Below the pieces are notes generated by a model. That model ran no database searches. It was not told the origin of the DNA and was given only the letters and a program-made list of their open reading frames with translations. 64,000 bases of DNA from assembly GCA_947168555.1 (NCBI GenBank), contig CAMVMJ010000006.1, forward strand, positions 648-64,647, written 5' to 3'. This DNA comes from an uncultured Prevotellaceae bacterium (GTDB taxonomy: Bacteria; Bacteroidota; Bacteroidia; Bacteroidales; Bacteroidaceae). Each line of letters begins with the position of its first letter. Position 1 is the stretch's first letter. Positions 55,006 to 64,000 of this stretch are shown here, one piece after another. The position numbers and the translations under genes are program-made.

Positions 55006-55881
55006 ATGAAGGATACATTCAAATCGGTCGGCGAAGATGTCGTTTCGGAATTGGCCAAATTAAACATCGGCGACGTTGCCATGGGCGACATCATCAGCTA
55101 TATCACTGCATTCGGCAAAAATCTGCTTATCGCAGTCGTTGTTTACTTTATCGGACGCTTTCTAATAAAATATGCCATCAAAGCACTGCAGATCATGTCC
55201 GTCAAAAGGGATATGGCTCCTTCTTTGACCACTTTCCTGCACAGCCTGGTGAGCATATCACTCAATCTGCTTCTGGCCATCACCATTGTCGGAATTATGG
55301 GCATAGACACGAGCTCGTTTCTGGCAGTATTTGCCTCAGCCGGCGTTGCCGTCGGCATGGCCTTAAGCGGCACGCTGCAAAATTTTGCGGGCGGAGTGCT
55401 CATTCTCATTTTAAAACCCTATAAAGTAGGCGACCGAATCGAGGCTCAAGGTTATGCCGGCGTCGTGAAAGAAATTCTCATTTTTCATACCGTCCTGACC
55501 ACCCCCGACAACCAAACCATCATCATCCCCAACGGCCCGTTAGCCAACGGAAGCCTCATCAATTCTACTGCGGCAACCACAAGGCGCGTGGATATCAATG
55601 TCGAAGTGGCCTACGGCACCAAGACGGACGACGTCCGCAAAGTGCTCAACAACATCATCGAAACCGATGAGAGAATCATCAAAGACACAGCCGATCTGGC
55701 ACCCGTCATCCCCATGACATCGATGGGCGCCAGCAGTATAGGATTTCAAATGCGGGTTTGGGGCAAATCTGCTGATTATTGGGATCTTAAGTTTGACCTG
55801 ACTGAGAAAATCTACCAGGAACTGACCGCAGCCGGTATAGAAATTCCATTCCAACAGATGGACGTACATCTCATCAAGTAA
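55006..55881 (+). CDS. mechanosensitive ion channel (MscS family)
   Basis: Start at MKDTFKSVGED. Three TM helices, then the MscS beta-domain GDRIEAQGYAGVVKEILIFHTVLTTPDNQTIIIPNGPL. Confidence 0.85.
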   Translation: MKDTFKSVGEDVVSELAKLNIGDVAMGDIISYITAFGKNLLIAVVVYFIGRFLIKYAIKALQIMSVKRDMAPSLTTFLHSLVSISLNLLLAITIVGIMGIDTSSFLAVFASAGVAVGMALSGTLQNFAGGVLILILKPYKVGDRIEAQGYAGVVKEILIFHTVLTTPDNQTIIIPNGPLANGSLINSTAATTRRVDINVEVAYGTKTDDVRKVLNNIIETDERIIKDTADLAPVIPMTSMGASSIGFQMRVWGKSADYWDLKFDLTEKIYQELTAAGIEIPFQQMDVHLIK

Positions 55882-55890
55882 AGATCCGAT

Positions 55891-56520
55891 ATGCTTCAGT
55901 ATAAACGTTTTACTTTCAATCCCGTCGAGGAGAACACTTACGTCCTTTGGGACACTGACAGTCGCGATGTAGCCGTCATCGATTGCGGCGCCATAGACCC
56001 CTATGAATACGGGCAATTGGAACGCTTCATTCAAGAAGAAAAGCTGCACCCTACCCTGTCGCTTCTGACCCATATGCACTTTGACCACATCTTCGGACTG
56101 GGATGGCTGAACAAGAAATACAACCTTCGACCTATTTGTCATGAACTGGAGCAGAAAAACTATGACATGCAGGAGAAAATGGCAATGGAAATGTTTGGCG
56201 TAAGGATTCCCATCGAACGTCCGGCGGTGATGTATTACGTTAAAGACGGAGACAAACTGACATTGGGAAACCATACGCTGAAGGTTATTCACACTCCGGG
56301 ACACACGGCCGGCGGTGTGTGCTACCTGGCAGACTCGTTCTTGTTCTGCGGCGACACCCTGTTTGCCGGCAGCTGCGGACGCACGGATCTGCCAGGAGGC
56401 AACATGCAACAGGAAGTGGAAAGCATACGCGAAAAACTACTCACTCTCCCGGATGAAATTCGCGTGCTTCCCGGGCATGGTCCGGAAACCAGCATTGCCC
56501 GGGAAAAGCTATATTGGTAA
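55891..56520 (+). CDS. MBL-fold metallo-hydrolase (glyoxalase II-like)
   Basis: 209 aa. Motifs THMHFDH (HxHxDH), TPGHTAGG, GDTLFAGSCGRTD. Confidence 0.85.
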   Translation: MLQYKRFTFNPVEENTYVLWDTDSRDVAVIDCGAIDPYEYGQLERFIQEEKLHPTLSLLTHMHFDHIFGLGWLNKKYNLRPICHELEQKNYDMQEKMAMEMFGVRIPIERPAVMYYVKDGDKLTLGNHTLKVIHTPGHTAGGVCYLADSFLFCGDTLFAGSCGRTDLPGGNMQQEVESIREKLLTLPDEIRVLPGHGPETSIAREKLYW

Positions 56521-56597
56521 GAAAAAGGCGTTTTCAAGAAAATATTTTCATATTTTTCCGTACAGACTCCCAACTTTTTACTATCTTTGTGCCCGCA

Positions 56598-57830
56598 ATG
56601 AAAGAGACGAACCTCTCTGCACTGAAGACACGCTACGGCATTGTGGGCCTTTCCGACAAATTGGAAACGGCCTTAACCACCGCTTTGCAGGTGTCTGACA
56701 CCGATCTCTCCGTGCTGATTCAGGGAGAAAGCGGTGTCGGCAAAGAGATCTTGCCCCGCATCATTCACGAGCACAGCCGTCGCAGCAGAGGCCCCTACAT
56801 CGCCATCAACTGCGGCAGCATCCCCGAAGGCACAATCGACTCGGAGCTCTTCGGTCACGAAAAAGGAGCCTTCACGGGCGCCGTCGGTGAGCGCGAAGGA
56901 TATTTCGGCGCAGCAGACGGGGGTACGCTTTTTCTGGACGAAGTGGGTGAACTCCCCCTCCCTACTCAGGCCCGGCTTTTGCGCGTCCTGGAAACTGGGG
57001 AATACATTCGTGTCGGCAGCAGCGAGCCGAGAAAAACCGACGTTCGCATCGTGGCTGCCACCAATGTGCATATGCCCAGTGCCATACGTGACGGACGCTT
57101 CCGTGAAGATTTGTTCTACAGGCTCTCCACGATTAGCATCAAGATGCCGCCCCTGAGGGAACGCGGACGGGATGCAGTACTGCTGTTTAAGAAGTTCGCA
57201 CTGGAGACTGCGGAGAAATACAACATTCCTCAACCTTTGCGTCTTACTCCCGAGGGAGAAGAAGTGGTCAAGTCGTATCAGTGGCCGGGCAATGTGCGTC
57301 AGTTGAAAAACATTGCCGAACAAATGAGCATCCTTTCGCAAGAGCGCGAAGTGGGTGCAGAAACACTGGCAAAATACGATGTACTGCCCGGAGGAGGCGG
57401 CACCAACGTCGCCCTGGTCGGAGACGGCCGCACGCACCGTGATTACGACAAAGAAATCACATGGCTGGCAAGCGCCGTACTGGAGTTGCGCAAAGAAGTG
57501 AATGAACTCAAAGAAATGCTCAATATACACGACAACAAAACGTCAACTGCACGACTCCTGACCGAGAAACAGACAACGGACGCATTGTCTGCCGCTCCTT
57601 CTCACGATTTCACACCGACAGAGCAAGTACACTCCGACACGTTTGACGATATTGAGACTGCCGAAGAGATTGTGGATTCCGACATCCTCAATCTGGAGGA
57701 GATGGAGCGCCGCAACATCATTCGGGCACTGGAGCGCAACAATCACCGACGCGGAAAAGCTGCGGAGGAATTAGGAATCAGCGAACGCACCTTGTATCGC
57801 AAAATCAAAGAGTATGGCATTGAAGAGTAA
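56598..57830 (+). CDS. sigma-54-dependent transcriptional activator (AAA+ plus Fis-type HTH, no receiver domain)
   Basis: Start at MKETNLSALKTRYG. Motifs GESGVGKE (Walker A), ELFGHEKGAFTGA (GAFTGA), and a C-terminal HTH RGKAAEELGISERTLYRKIKEYGI. A TATCTTTG box at 56582-56589 ends 8 nt before the ATG. Confidence 0.88.
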   Translation: MKETNLSALKTRYGIVGLSDKLETALTTALQVSDTDLSVLIQGESGVGKEILPRIIHEHSRRSRGPYIAINCGSIPEGTIDSELFGHEKGAFTGAVGEREGYFGAADGGTLFLDEVGELPLPTQARLLRVLETGEYIRVGSSEPRKTDVRIVAATNVHMPSAIRDGRFREDLFYRLSTISIKMPPLRERGRDAVLLFKKFALETAEKYNIPQPLRLTPEGEEVVKSYQWPGNVRQLKNIAEQMSILSQEREVGAETLAKYDVLPGGGGTNVALVGDGRTHRDYDKEITWLASAVLELRKEVNELKEMLNIHDNKTSTARLLTEKQTTDALSAAPSHDFTPTEQVHSDTFDDIETAEEIVDSDILNLEEMERRNIIRALERNNHRRGKAAEELGISERTLYRKIKEYGIEE

Positions 57831-58338
57831 ACAACTGACCCTGTCGGCATTTGCGTGCGTTGCAGCCCTGTTGCTGGTCGGCTGCTCCATCAGCTACAAG
57901 TTCAACGGAGCCAGCATTGACTACAACACCGTCAAGACCATTCAGATTGACGTATTCCCCATTCGCTCCACATACGTATGGACACCCATGCAGAGCATTT
58001 TCCAAACCAGGCTTACGGACATCTTTGCCCAACAGACACGACTCAAGCAGGTCAAGAAAAACGGCGATATGCATCTCGCCGGCGAAATTACCGGCTTTGA
58101 CCAATACAACAAGGGCATTGCCAGCGACGGTTATTCTTCGCAGGTCCAGCTGAAGATGACGGTCAACGTGAGGTTCACCAATAACAAGAACCACAACGAC
58201 GACTTTGAGCGACAGTTCTCCGCCGTTGCCGATTACGATGCTTCACAGCAATTGGTCACCGTTCAGGAACAGCTCGTGCAGCAAATGTCCAAGGACATCA
58301 CCGAACAAATATTCAACGCCGCAGTTGCCAACTGGTAA
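57814..58338 (+). CDS. LptE-like lipoprotein
   Basis: 174 aa. Lipobox LLLVGCS followed by ISYKFNGASIDYNTVKTIQIDVF, as in Bacteroidota LptE-family proteins. Overlaps the upstream gene by 17 nt. Confidence 0.65.
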   Translation: MALKSKQLTLSAFACVAALLLVGCSISYKFNGASIDYNTVKTIQIDVFPIRSTYVWTPMQSIFQTRLTDIFAQQTRLKQVKKNGDMHLAGEITGFDQYNKGIASDGYSSQVQLKMTVNVRFTNNKNHNDDFERQFSAVADYDASQQLVTVQEQLVQQMSKDITEQIFNAAVANW

Positions 58339-58368
58339 ACACACCCGGGTAAAGTGACATCAACATAA

Positions 58369-59130
58369 ATGGCAAAAAACCTGATAGACTATATACGCCG
58401 ACCGGAAACGCTGGATGCCAAAGCTTTGACACAGCTCAAAGCGCTCGTGGAGAAATATCCTTTCTACCACGCTGCCCGCATCGTCTATTTGCGTACGCTC
58501 TATCAGATGCACAATCCGGAATTCGACGGCGAATTGCGCCGCACAGCCATAAGTGTGCCCTCCAGAAAAACTCTCTACAACCTGTTTGAAGGAGAAAACG
58601 CACGTCCAGAAAATCCCATACGCGGAGCACAAGGTCAGAAACCTCTTGTGGCCGACGCTGCCGCATCGGAGAAAGACACTACTGCGGAGTTTCTTTCTGA
58701 TTTCCTCGACACCCTGCCCCAGTCGCAGACAATGCCGGTCAGCAACACTGCAGACGCCCGCCAGGACTATATGGAGTGGCTGGTACAATCGGGCGCCAAT
58801 GAGAATGAAGAAAGCCGCGAAGACACACCTGTAATGGGACAGGAGAAAATTGACATCTTCCTTGACGAGAACGAAGGCCATATTGACCTTGAAGATATTG
58901 ATCAGGAAGAAGTGCAGCAGCCGGCCGACGCTGCGTCATCACCCTCACGCGAAATGCCCGAGAGCCAGCTCACAGAAGCTTTGGCACATATCTACATCAA
59001 GCAGAAACAGTACGGGAAAGCGCGTAAAATCATTCAGAGAATTGCCGAGCGAAAAGGAGATCGAAACCGTTTCCTCATTGACCAGCTGCGTTTTCTCGAC
59101 AAGCTCATTATCAACGAAAGCAACACATAA
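58369..59130 (+). CDS. hypothetical protein (acidic, no recognised domain)
   Basis: 253-aa ORF lying in the conserved-looking sigma-54 activator / lptE / secG gene string. Confidence 0.65.
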   Translation: MAKNLIDYIRRPETLDAKALTQLKALVEKYPFYHAARIVYLRTLYQMHNPEFDGELRRTAISVPSRKTLYNLFEGENARPENPIRGAQGQKPLVADAAASEKDTTAEFLSDFLDTLPQSQTMPVSNTADARQDYMEWLVQSGANENEESREDTPVMGQEKIDIFLDENEGHIDLEDIDQEEVQQPADAASSPSREMPESQLTEALAHIYIKQKQYGKARKIIQRIAERKGDRNRFLIDQLRFLDKLIINESNT

Positions 59131-59155
59131 ATAACAACATAAAAACTTAAACAAA

Positions 59156-59386
59156 ATGTACCAAAGCATTGTCATTTTAACAGTTATCGCATCTATTCTC
59201 ATGTGTCTCATTGTGCTCATCCAAGAGAGCAAGGGCGGCGGCCTGGCTGCAGACTACTCCAGCGGCAACCAGCTTCTCGGCGCTCCCAAGACGACCAACG
59301 TCATCGAAAAGGCCACATGGGGATTGGCTATTGCCATGATTGTGCTCAGCGTGCTCAGCGTAGCAGCACTTCCCGCTGCAGCCTGA
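59156..59386 (+). CDS. secG: preprotein translocase subunit SecG
   Basis: 76 aa with two TM helices. Contains LIQESKGGGLA, typical of SecG. Confidence 0.85.
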   Translation: MYQSIVILTVIASILMCLIVLIQESKGGGLAADYSSGNQLLGAPKTTNVIEKATWGLAIAMIVLSVLSVAALPAAA

Positions 59387-60219
59387 TGAACGCGCAACGT
59401 ATTTTAGTTTGCGACAGCGGCTCGACAAAAGCCGACTGGCTCTACGCAAACGGCGACAGCGAAGAGGCCGTTCGAACGGATGGCATCAACCCAGTGCGCG
59501 ATTCCGGCGAAAGCATCAACAGGATTGTTACATCGCTCCCGGATTGGAAGCCGGAGTGCATCTACTTCTATGGTGCGGGATGCATTGAACCCTACTCTGC
59601 TTCCGTACGCAAGGCACTTCAAGAGCGCTTCCCACAGGCGGTTGTCAGCGTAGAATCCGATTTGCTGGGAGCTGCACGGGCGCTTTTCGGTCACGAGGAG
59701 GGCATCGCGTGCATTTTGGGCACCGGAAGCAACTCGTGCTTCTGCAAGGACGGCCAAATAAAGGCTAACGTGCCGCCCATGGGCTACATCCTGGGCGACG
59801 AAGGCAGCGGCGCCGTATTGGGACGGCAACTGGTCAGCGATATCGTCAAGGGGCAGTTGTCACAAGAGTTGAGAGATGCTTTTATGGAAGAATTTCAGCT
59901 CACCCCCGCCCTTATCGTAGAAAACGTCTACAGAAAGCCTGCGGCAAACCGTTTTTTGGCCTCGCTGTGCCCCTTTCTTTCCAAGCATCGGGATTACGAT
60001 GAAATTCAACGGCTTTTGGCAAGCGAATTCGAACGTTTTCTGAGAAGAAACGTTCTCCTTTACAACCGCCCGGATTTGGAGATACGTTATGTAGGCAGCA
60101 TCAGCGTGCATTTTGAGCACGAATTACGCAATGTTCATGCAAAAATGGGGTTAAAGATGGGGGACGTTTTAGCCTCTCCGGTGAAGAAAATGATGTTTTT
60201 TCACCACAAAAGCGCATAA
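59386..60219 (+). CDS. BadF/BadG/BcrA/BcrD-type ATPase (N-acetylglucosamine kinase-like)
   Basis: ORF 59203..60219. Start at MNAQRILVCDSGSTKADW (ATG overlaps the secG TGA). Motifs DSGSTK and LGTGSNS. Confidence 0.8.
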   Translation: MNAQRILVCDSGSTKADWLYANGDSEEAVRTDGINPVRDSGESINRIVTSLPDWKPECIYFYGAGCIEPYSASVRKALQERFPQAVVSVESDLLGAARALFGHEEGIACILGTGSNSCFCKDGQIKANVPPMGYILGDEGSGAVLGRQLVSDIVKGQLSQELRDAFMEEFQLTPALIVENVYRKPAANRFLASLCPFLSKHRDYDEIQRLLASEFERFLRRNVLLYNRPDLEIRYVGSISVHFEHELRNVHAKMGLKMGDVLASPVKKMMFFHHKSA

Positions 60220-60254
60220 ATTGCGAAAAACATGCTGCACAACACATGAAATTA

Positions 60255-60286
60255 TTTGTTTCGTTCGCAAAAAGGGGCTACCTTTG
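60255..60286 (+). promoter_or_regulatory. orphan canonical promoter TTTG-N20-TACCTTTG with no downstream ORF
   Basis: TTTG at 60255-60258 and TACCTTTG at 60279-60286. This is the same architecture as the two tRNA promoters in this window. There is no ATG in the next ~130 nt on the plus strand. Confidence 0.6.
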
Positions 60287-60292
60287 CAGCGT

Positions 60293-60375
60293 TCAAATAC
60301 AAAAAACAATCTTTTTACCTTAAACAAACTAATACCTAAAGTTTCGAAGAAAGGGCGCTGTGAAGCGCCCTCATT
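60293..60375 (+). ncRNA. candidate small RNA (~80 nt) ending at a GC hairpin
   Basis: Start predicted from the promoter. Hairpin AGGGCGC tgtgaa GCGCCCT at 60352-60371. Nucleotides 60304-60323 are perfectly complementary to the 5' UTR of 53794..54135. Confidence 0.4.
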
Positions 60376-60641
60376 CGTTATCCTAGGCGACTCTCAGACC
60401 GAAGTGTTTTACAGGCAATAAACCGGAGAGCGCATTCCTGCAGGCCTCATCCGCCCGTTTTGAACCCTCTGAGAACAGTCTGGGAACAGTCTGAGAACAT
60501 TACGAATAAGTGAGCGCAGAGATAAGCTTGGTTAATCTCTGCCGAGCGTAAGTAATGTCTGCGGCAAATAGCCGCGTGCTTTTGCTTCAGCAAATGCGGC
60601 CGAGCCTTCAAGCGATGGCAACAAAACGACAGTCTGAGAGA

Positions 60642-61241
60642 TTACAACGTCCGGTTGATTTGCTCTATGTAGTCCAAAAGTTCATCGCGTCCCAAGCGCG
60701 TTTCGCTGCTGGTAACAAAATATGGCGGGAGCTCTTCCCATTGCTCCTCAAGATGCTTCATATAGGCATCGGCCTGCGCCTGAACCTTTGTTTTGGCGAG
60801 TTTGTCTCCTTTCGTGAAAACGATGGCAAAAGGAATGCCGTTTTCTCCAAGCCATTCTATAAACTCTAAATCTATTTTCTGGGCGTCGTGGCGCAGGTCT
60901 ATGAGCAGAAACAGACAAGTCAACTGCTCCCGGCCGAGAATATAGTCGGAAATGATGCCTTCCAGCTTTTCCTGCGTCTTTTTGCTCCGTTTGGCGTATC
61001 CGTAGCCGGGAAGATCCACAAGGTACCAACTGTTGTTGATCAAAAAGTGATTGATCAAAAGAGTCTTGCCCGGAGTTGCAGAAGTCTTGGCTAGTCCTTT
61101 TCTTCCGGTAAGCATGTTGATGAGCGAAGATTTGCCCACATTACTGCGCCCGATAAAGGCATACTCGGGGCGTTGTTCCTTAGGACACTGGTCCAGACGA
61201 AAACTGCTGACAGAAAATTCTGCTGACTTTATCTCACCCAT
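60642..61241 (-). CDS. engB: ribosome biogenesis GTP-binding protein YihA/EngB
   Basis: 199 aa. Motifs [12 protein letters not shown] (G1), DLPGYG (G3), TKGDK (G4). Confidence 0.92.
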   Translation of the reverse strand: MGEIKSAEFSVSSFRLDQCPKEQRPEYAFIGRSNVGKSSLINMLTGRKGLAKTSATPGKTLLINHFLINNSWYLVDLPGYGYAKRSKKTQEKLEGIISDYILGREQLTCLFLLIDLRHDAQKIDLEFIEWLGENGIPFAIVFTKGDKLAKTKVQAQADAYMKHLEEQWEELPPYFVTSSETRLGRDELLDYIEQINRTL

Positions 61242-62170
61242 ATCAAATCCCCCGGTTTGGCTACATAATCGGCATCAAGAGCGTTCAGCTGGTAAAGATT
61301 CTTGAGATGAACACCGTACATCTGAGAAACATCGTAGAGGCTCTGCCCCACTTCTATCGTATGGGGAACGCCGGCAAATTCCTTAGCTCCCTTCTTTTTC
61401 TTGTCCTTAAGATAAAGGATGTCGCCGGTCGTGAGACCGTATTCTGGCGTAAGGTCATTGAAACGGTAAAGATTCTTTACGCTGACACCTGTTGCCTCAG
61501 ATATACTCTTTATATTGTCTCCTGCCTCGATGACAATGAAATAGTTGCCGTTGTTGGCATAGACCGTATGAGTGTCGAAGAAAGCCGGAAGCTGGTCCTT
61601 AGCCTTTGCCTCGGAAACCGAACGGTCTTTCGCATCCAAATCACGCAAATTCATCTTGTCAAGCTGACTGAGAGAATAGAGTTCGATGATGCGTATCAGG
61701 CTTTCTGCATACGTAGGAGATGTGGCATAACCGCACGCCTTCAACCCGCGCGCCCAACCTTTATAATCGCGTATATTGAGACGAAAAAGGCGTTCGTAAC
61801 GCTTGCGCTTGAGGAAAAGCGAATGGTCGACGAAAGATTCTCTGTCGGTTTTATACTTGCGGAAATGTTCACCCTTGAGATCATCGTCAATAACAATATA
61901 AGGTCCCTTCCAATCGGAATGACATTTGATGCCGAAATGGTTATGAGCCTCCGTGGCCAGACGGCTGCGCCCTGCGCCGCTCTCGAGCAATCCCTGGGCC
62001 ATCGTGATAGAGGCAGGAATATGGTATGTTTGCATCTGCTCGACAGCAATCTTTTTATACTTGTCAATATAGGCCCAATACGCACGGTTCGTACTCCCTT
62101 GAGCCCACAGACAGCAAGGCGCCAAAAGAAGTAAAAACAAAGACAGAGAAAAGAGAATTAATCGCTTCAT
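61229..62170 (-). CDS. exported N-acetylglucosaminidase (GH73-type) with two LysM domains
   Basis: Start at [24 protein letters not shown]. Contains [29 protein letters not shown] (glucosaminidase). LysM-like segments [22 protein letters not shown] and [22 protein letters not shown]. Confidence 0.85.
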   Translation of the reverse strand: MKRLILFSLSLFLLLLAPCCLWAQGSTNRAYWAYIDKYKKIAVEQMQTYHIPASITMAQGLLESGAGRSRLATEAHNHFGIKCHSDWKGPYIVIDDDLKGEHFRKYKTDRESFVDHSLFLKRKRYERLFRLNIRDYKGWARGLKACGYATSPTYAESLIRIIELYSLSQLDKMNLRDLDAKDRSVSEAKAKDQLPAFFDTHTVYANNGNYFIVIEAGDNIKSISEATGVSVKNLYRFNDLTPEYGLTTGDILYLKDKKKKGAKEFAGVPHTIEVGQSLYDVSQMYGVHLKNLYQLNALDADYVAKPGDLIWVR

Positions 62171-62265
62171 CGCCGCAAAAATACAAAAATGTTGCGACTT
62201 GGAAATTTTGAACATACAGATTTTTCGTTTATCTCAAAGATTTTTCATAATTTTGCGCCCACGAA

Positions 62266-64000
<1,735 letters not shown>

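Noticed and set aside
60480-60570. Direct repeats (gagaacagtctgggaacagtctgagaac) and a long imperfect hairpin (gcagagat...atctctgc) in the 60.2-60.6 kb spacer, considered as a second RNA gene or a riboswitch.
   Set aside because: They lie 75-160 nt downstream of the engB stop on the minus strand, so they are most simply the engB terminator region. I recognised no promoter box and no known RNA-family signature.

Overview
This 64-kb window looks like a Bacteroidota chromosome, probably Prevotella-like. The grounds are TTTG-N20-TAnnTTTG promoters, T9SS-type C-terminal sorting tails, tightly packed operons and no obvious Shine-Dalgarno sites. The left third (1 to about 22.4 kb) is an accessory island with uneven base composition. 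It holds about 20 genes, nearly all on the minus strand and nearly all starting with a signal peptide, in three transcription units. Unit (i) is seven exported proteins of unknown function (21961->16490). Unit (ii) is an exported caspase (peptidase C14) operon (16235->5768) that also encodes an OM beta-barrel, a BACON lipoprotein, an LPP20/DUF4384-like protein, a CHASE2 protein with no output domain, a transglutaminase-like protein and two PEGA+Sel1 proteins. Unit (iii) is a PEGA protein with a cysteine-less FGE-sulfatase-like domain plus LPP20/NTF2-like proteins (4099->1). Units (i) and (ii) are each preceded by the same roughly 85-nt upstream element with a phased GTCTC/GAGAC array, which suggests they are co-regulated. 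I read this island as a candidate multi-component, envelope-located caspase system; I know of no characterised equivalent in Bacteroidota. The right two-thirds is mostly housekeeping: SprT-like protease, FadL-like OMP, FtsX-type permease, aminotransferase, glgB, MORN protein, kdsB, PBP1A, pyrBI, glyA, tRNA-Ala, nitroreductase, hisS, DPP3, purA, a five-tRNA cluster, MscS, a sigma-54 activator, lptE-like, secG, engB, cdd and an ABC-F ATPase. It also contains a three-gene operon of T9SS-tailed proteases (C10 plus two M6-like) and a secreted Gly/Tyr/Trp/Arg-rich low-complexity protein. An orphan canonical promoter at 60255-60286 appears to drive a non-coding transcript of about 80 nt. A 20-nt stretch of that transcript is perfectly complementary to the translation-initiation region of the gene at 53794..54135, making it a candidate trans-acting sRNA. 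I saw no rRNA, CRISPR array, transposase, integrase, reverse transcriptase or phage genes.
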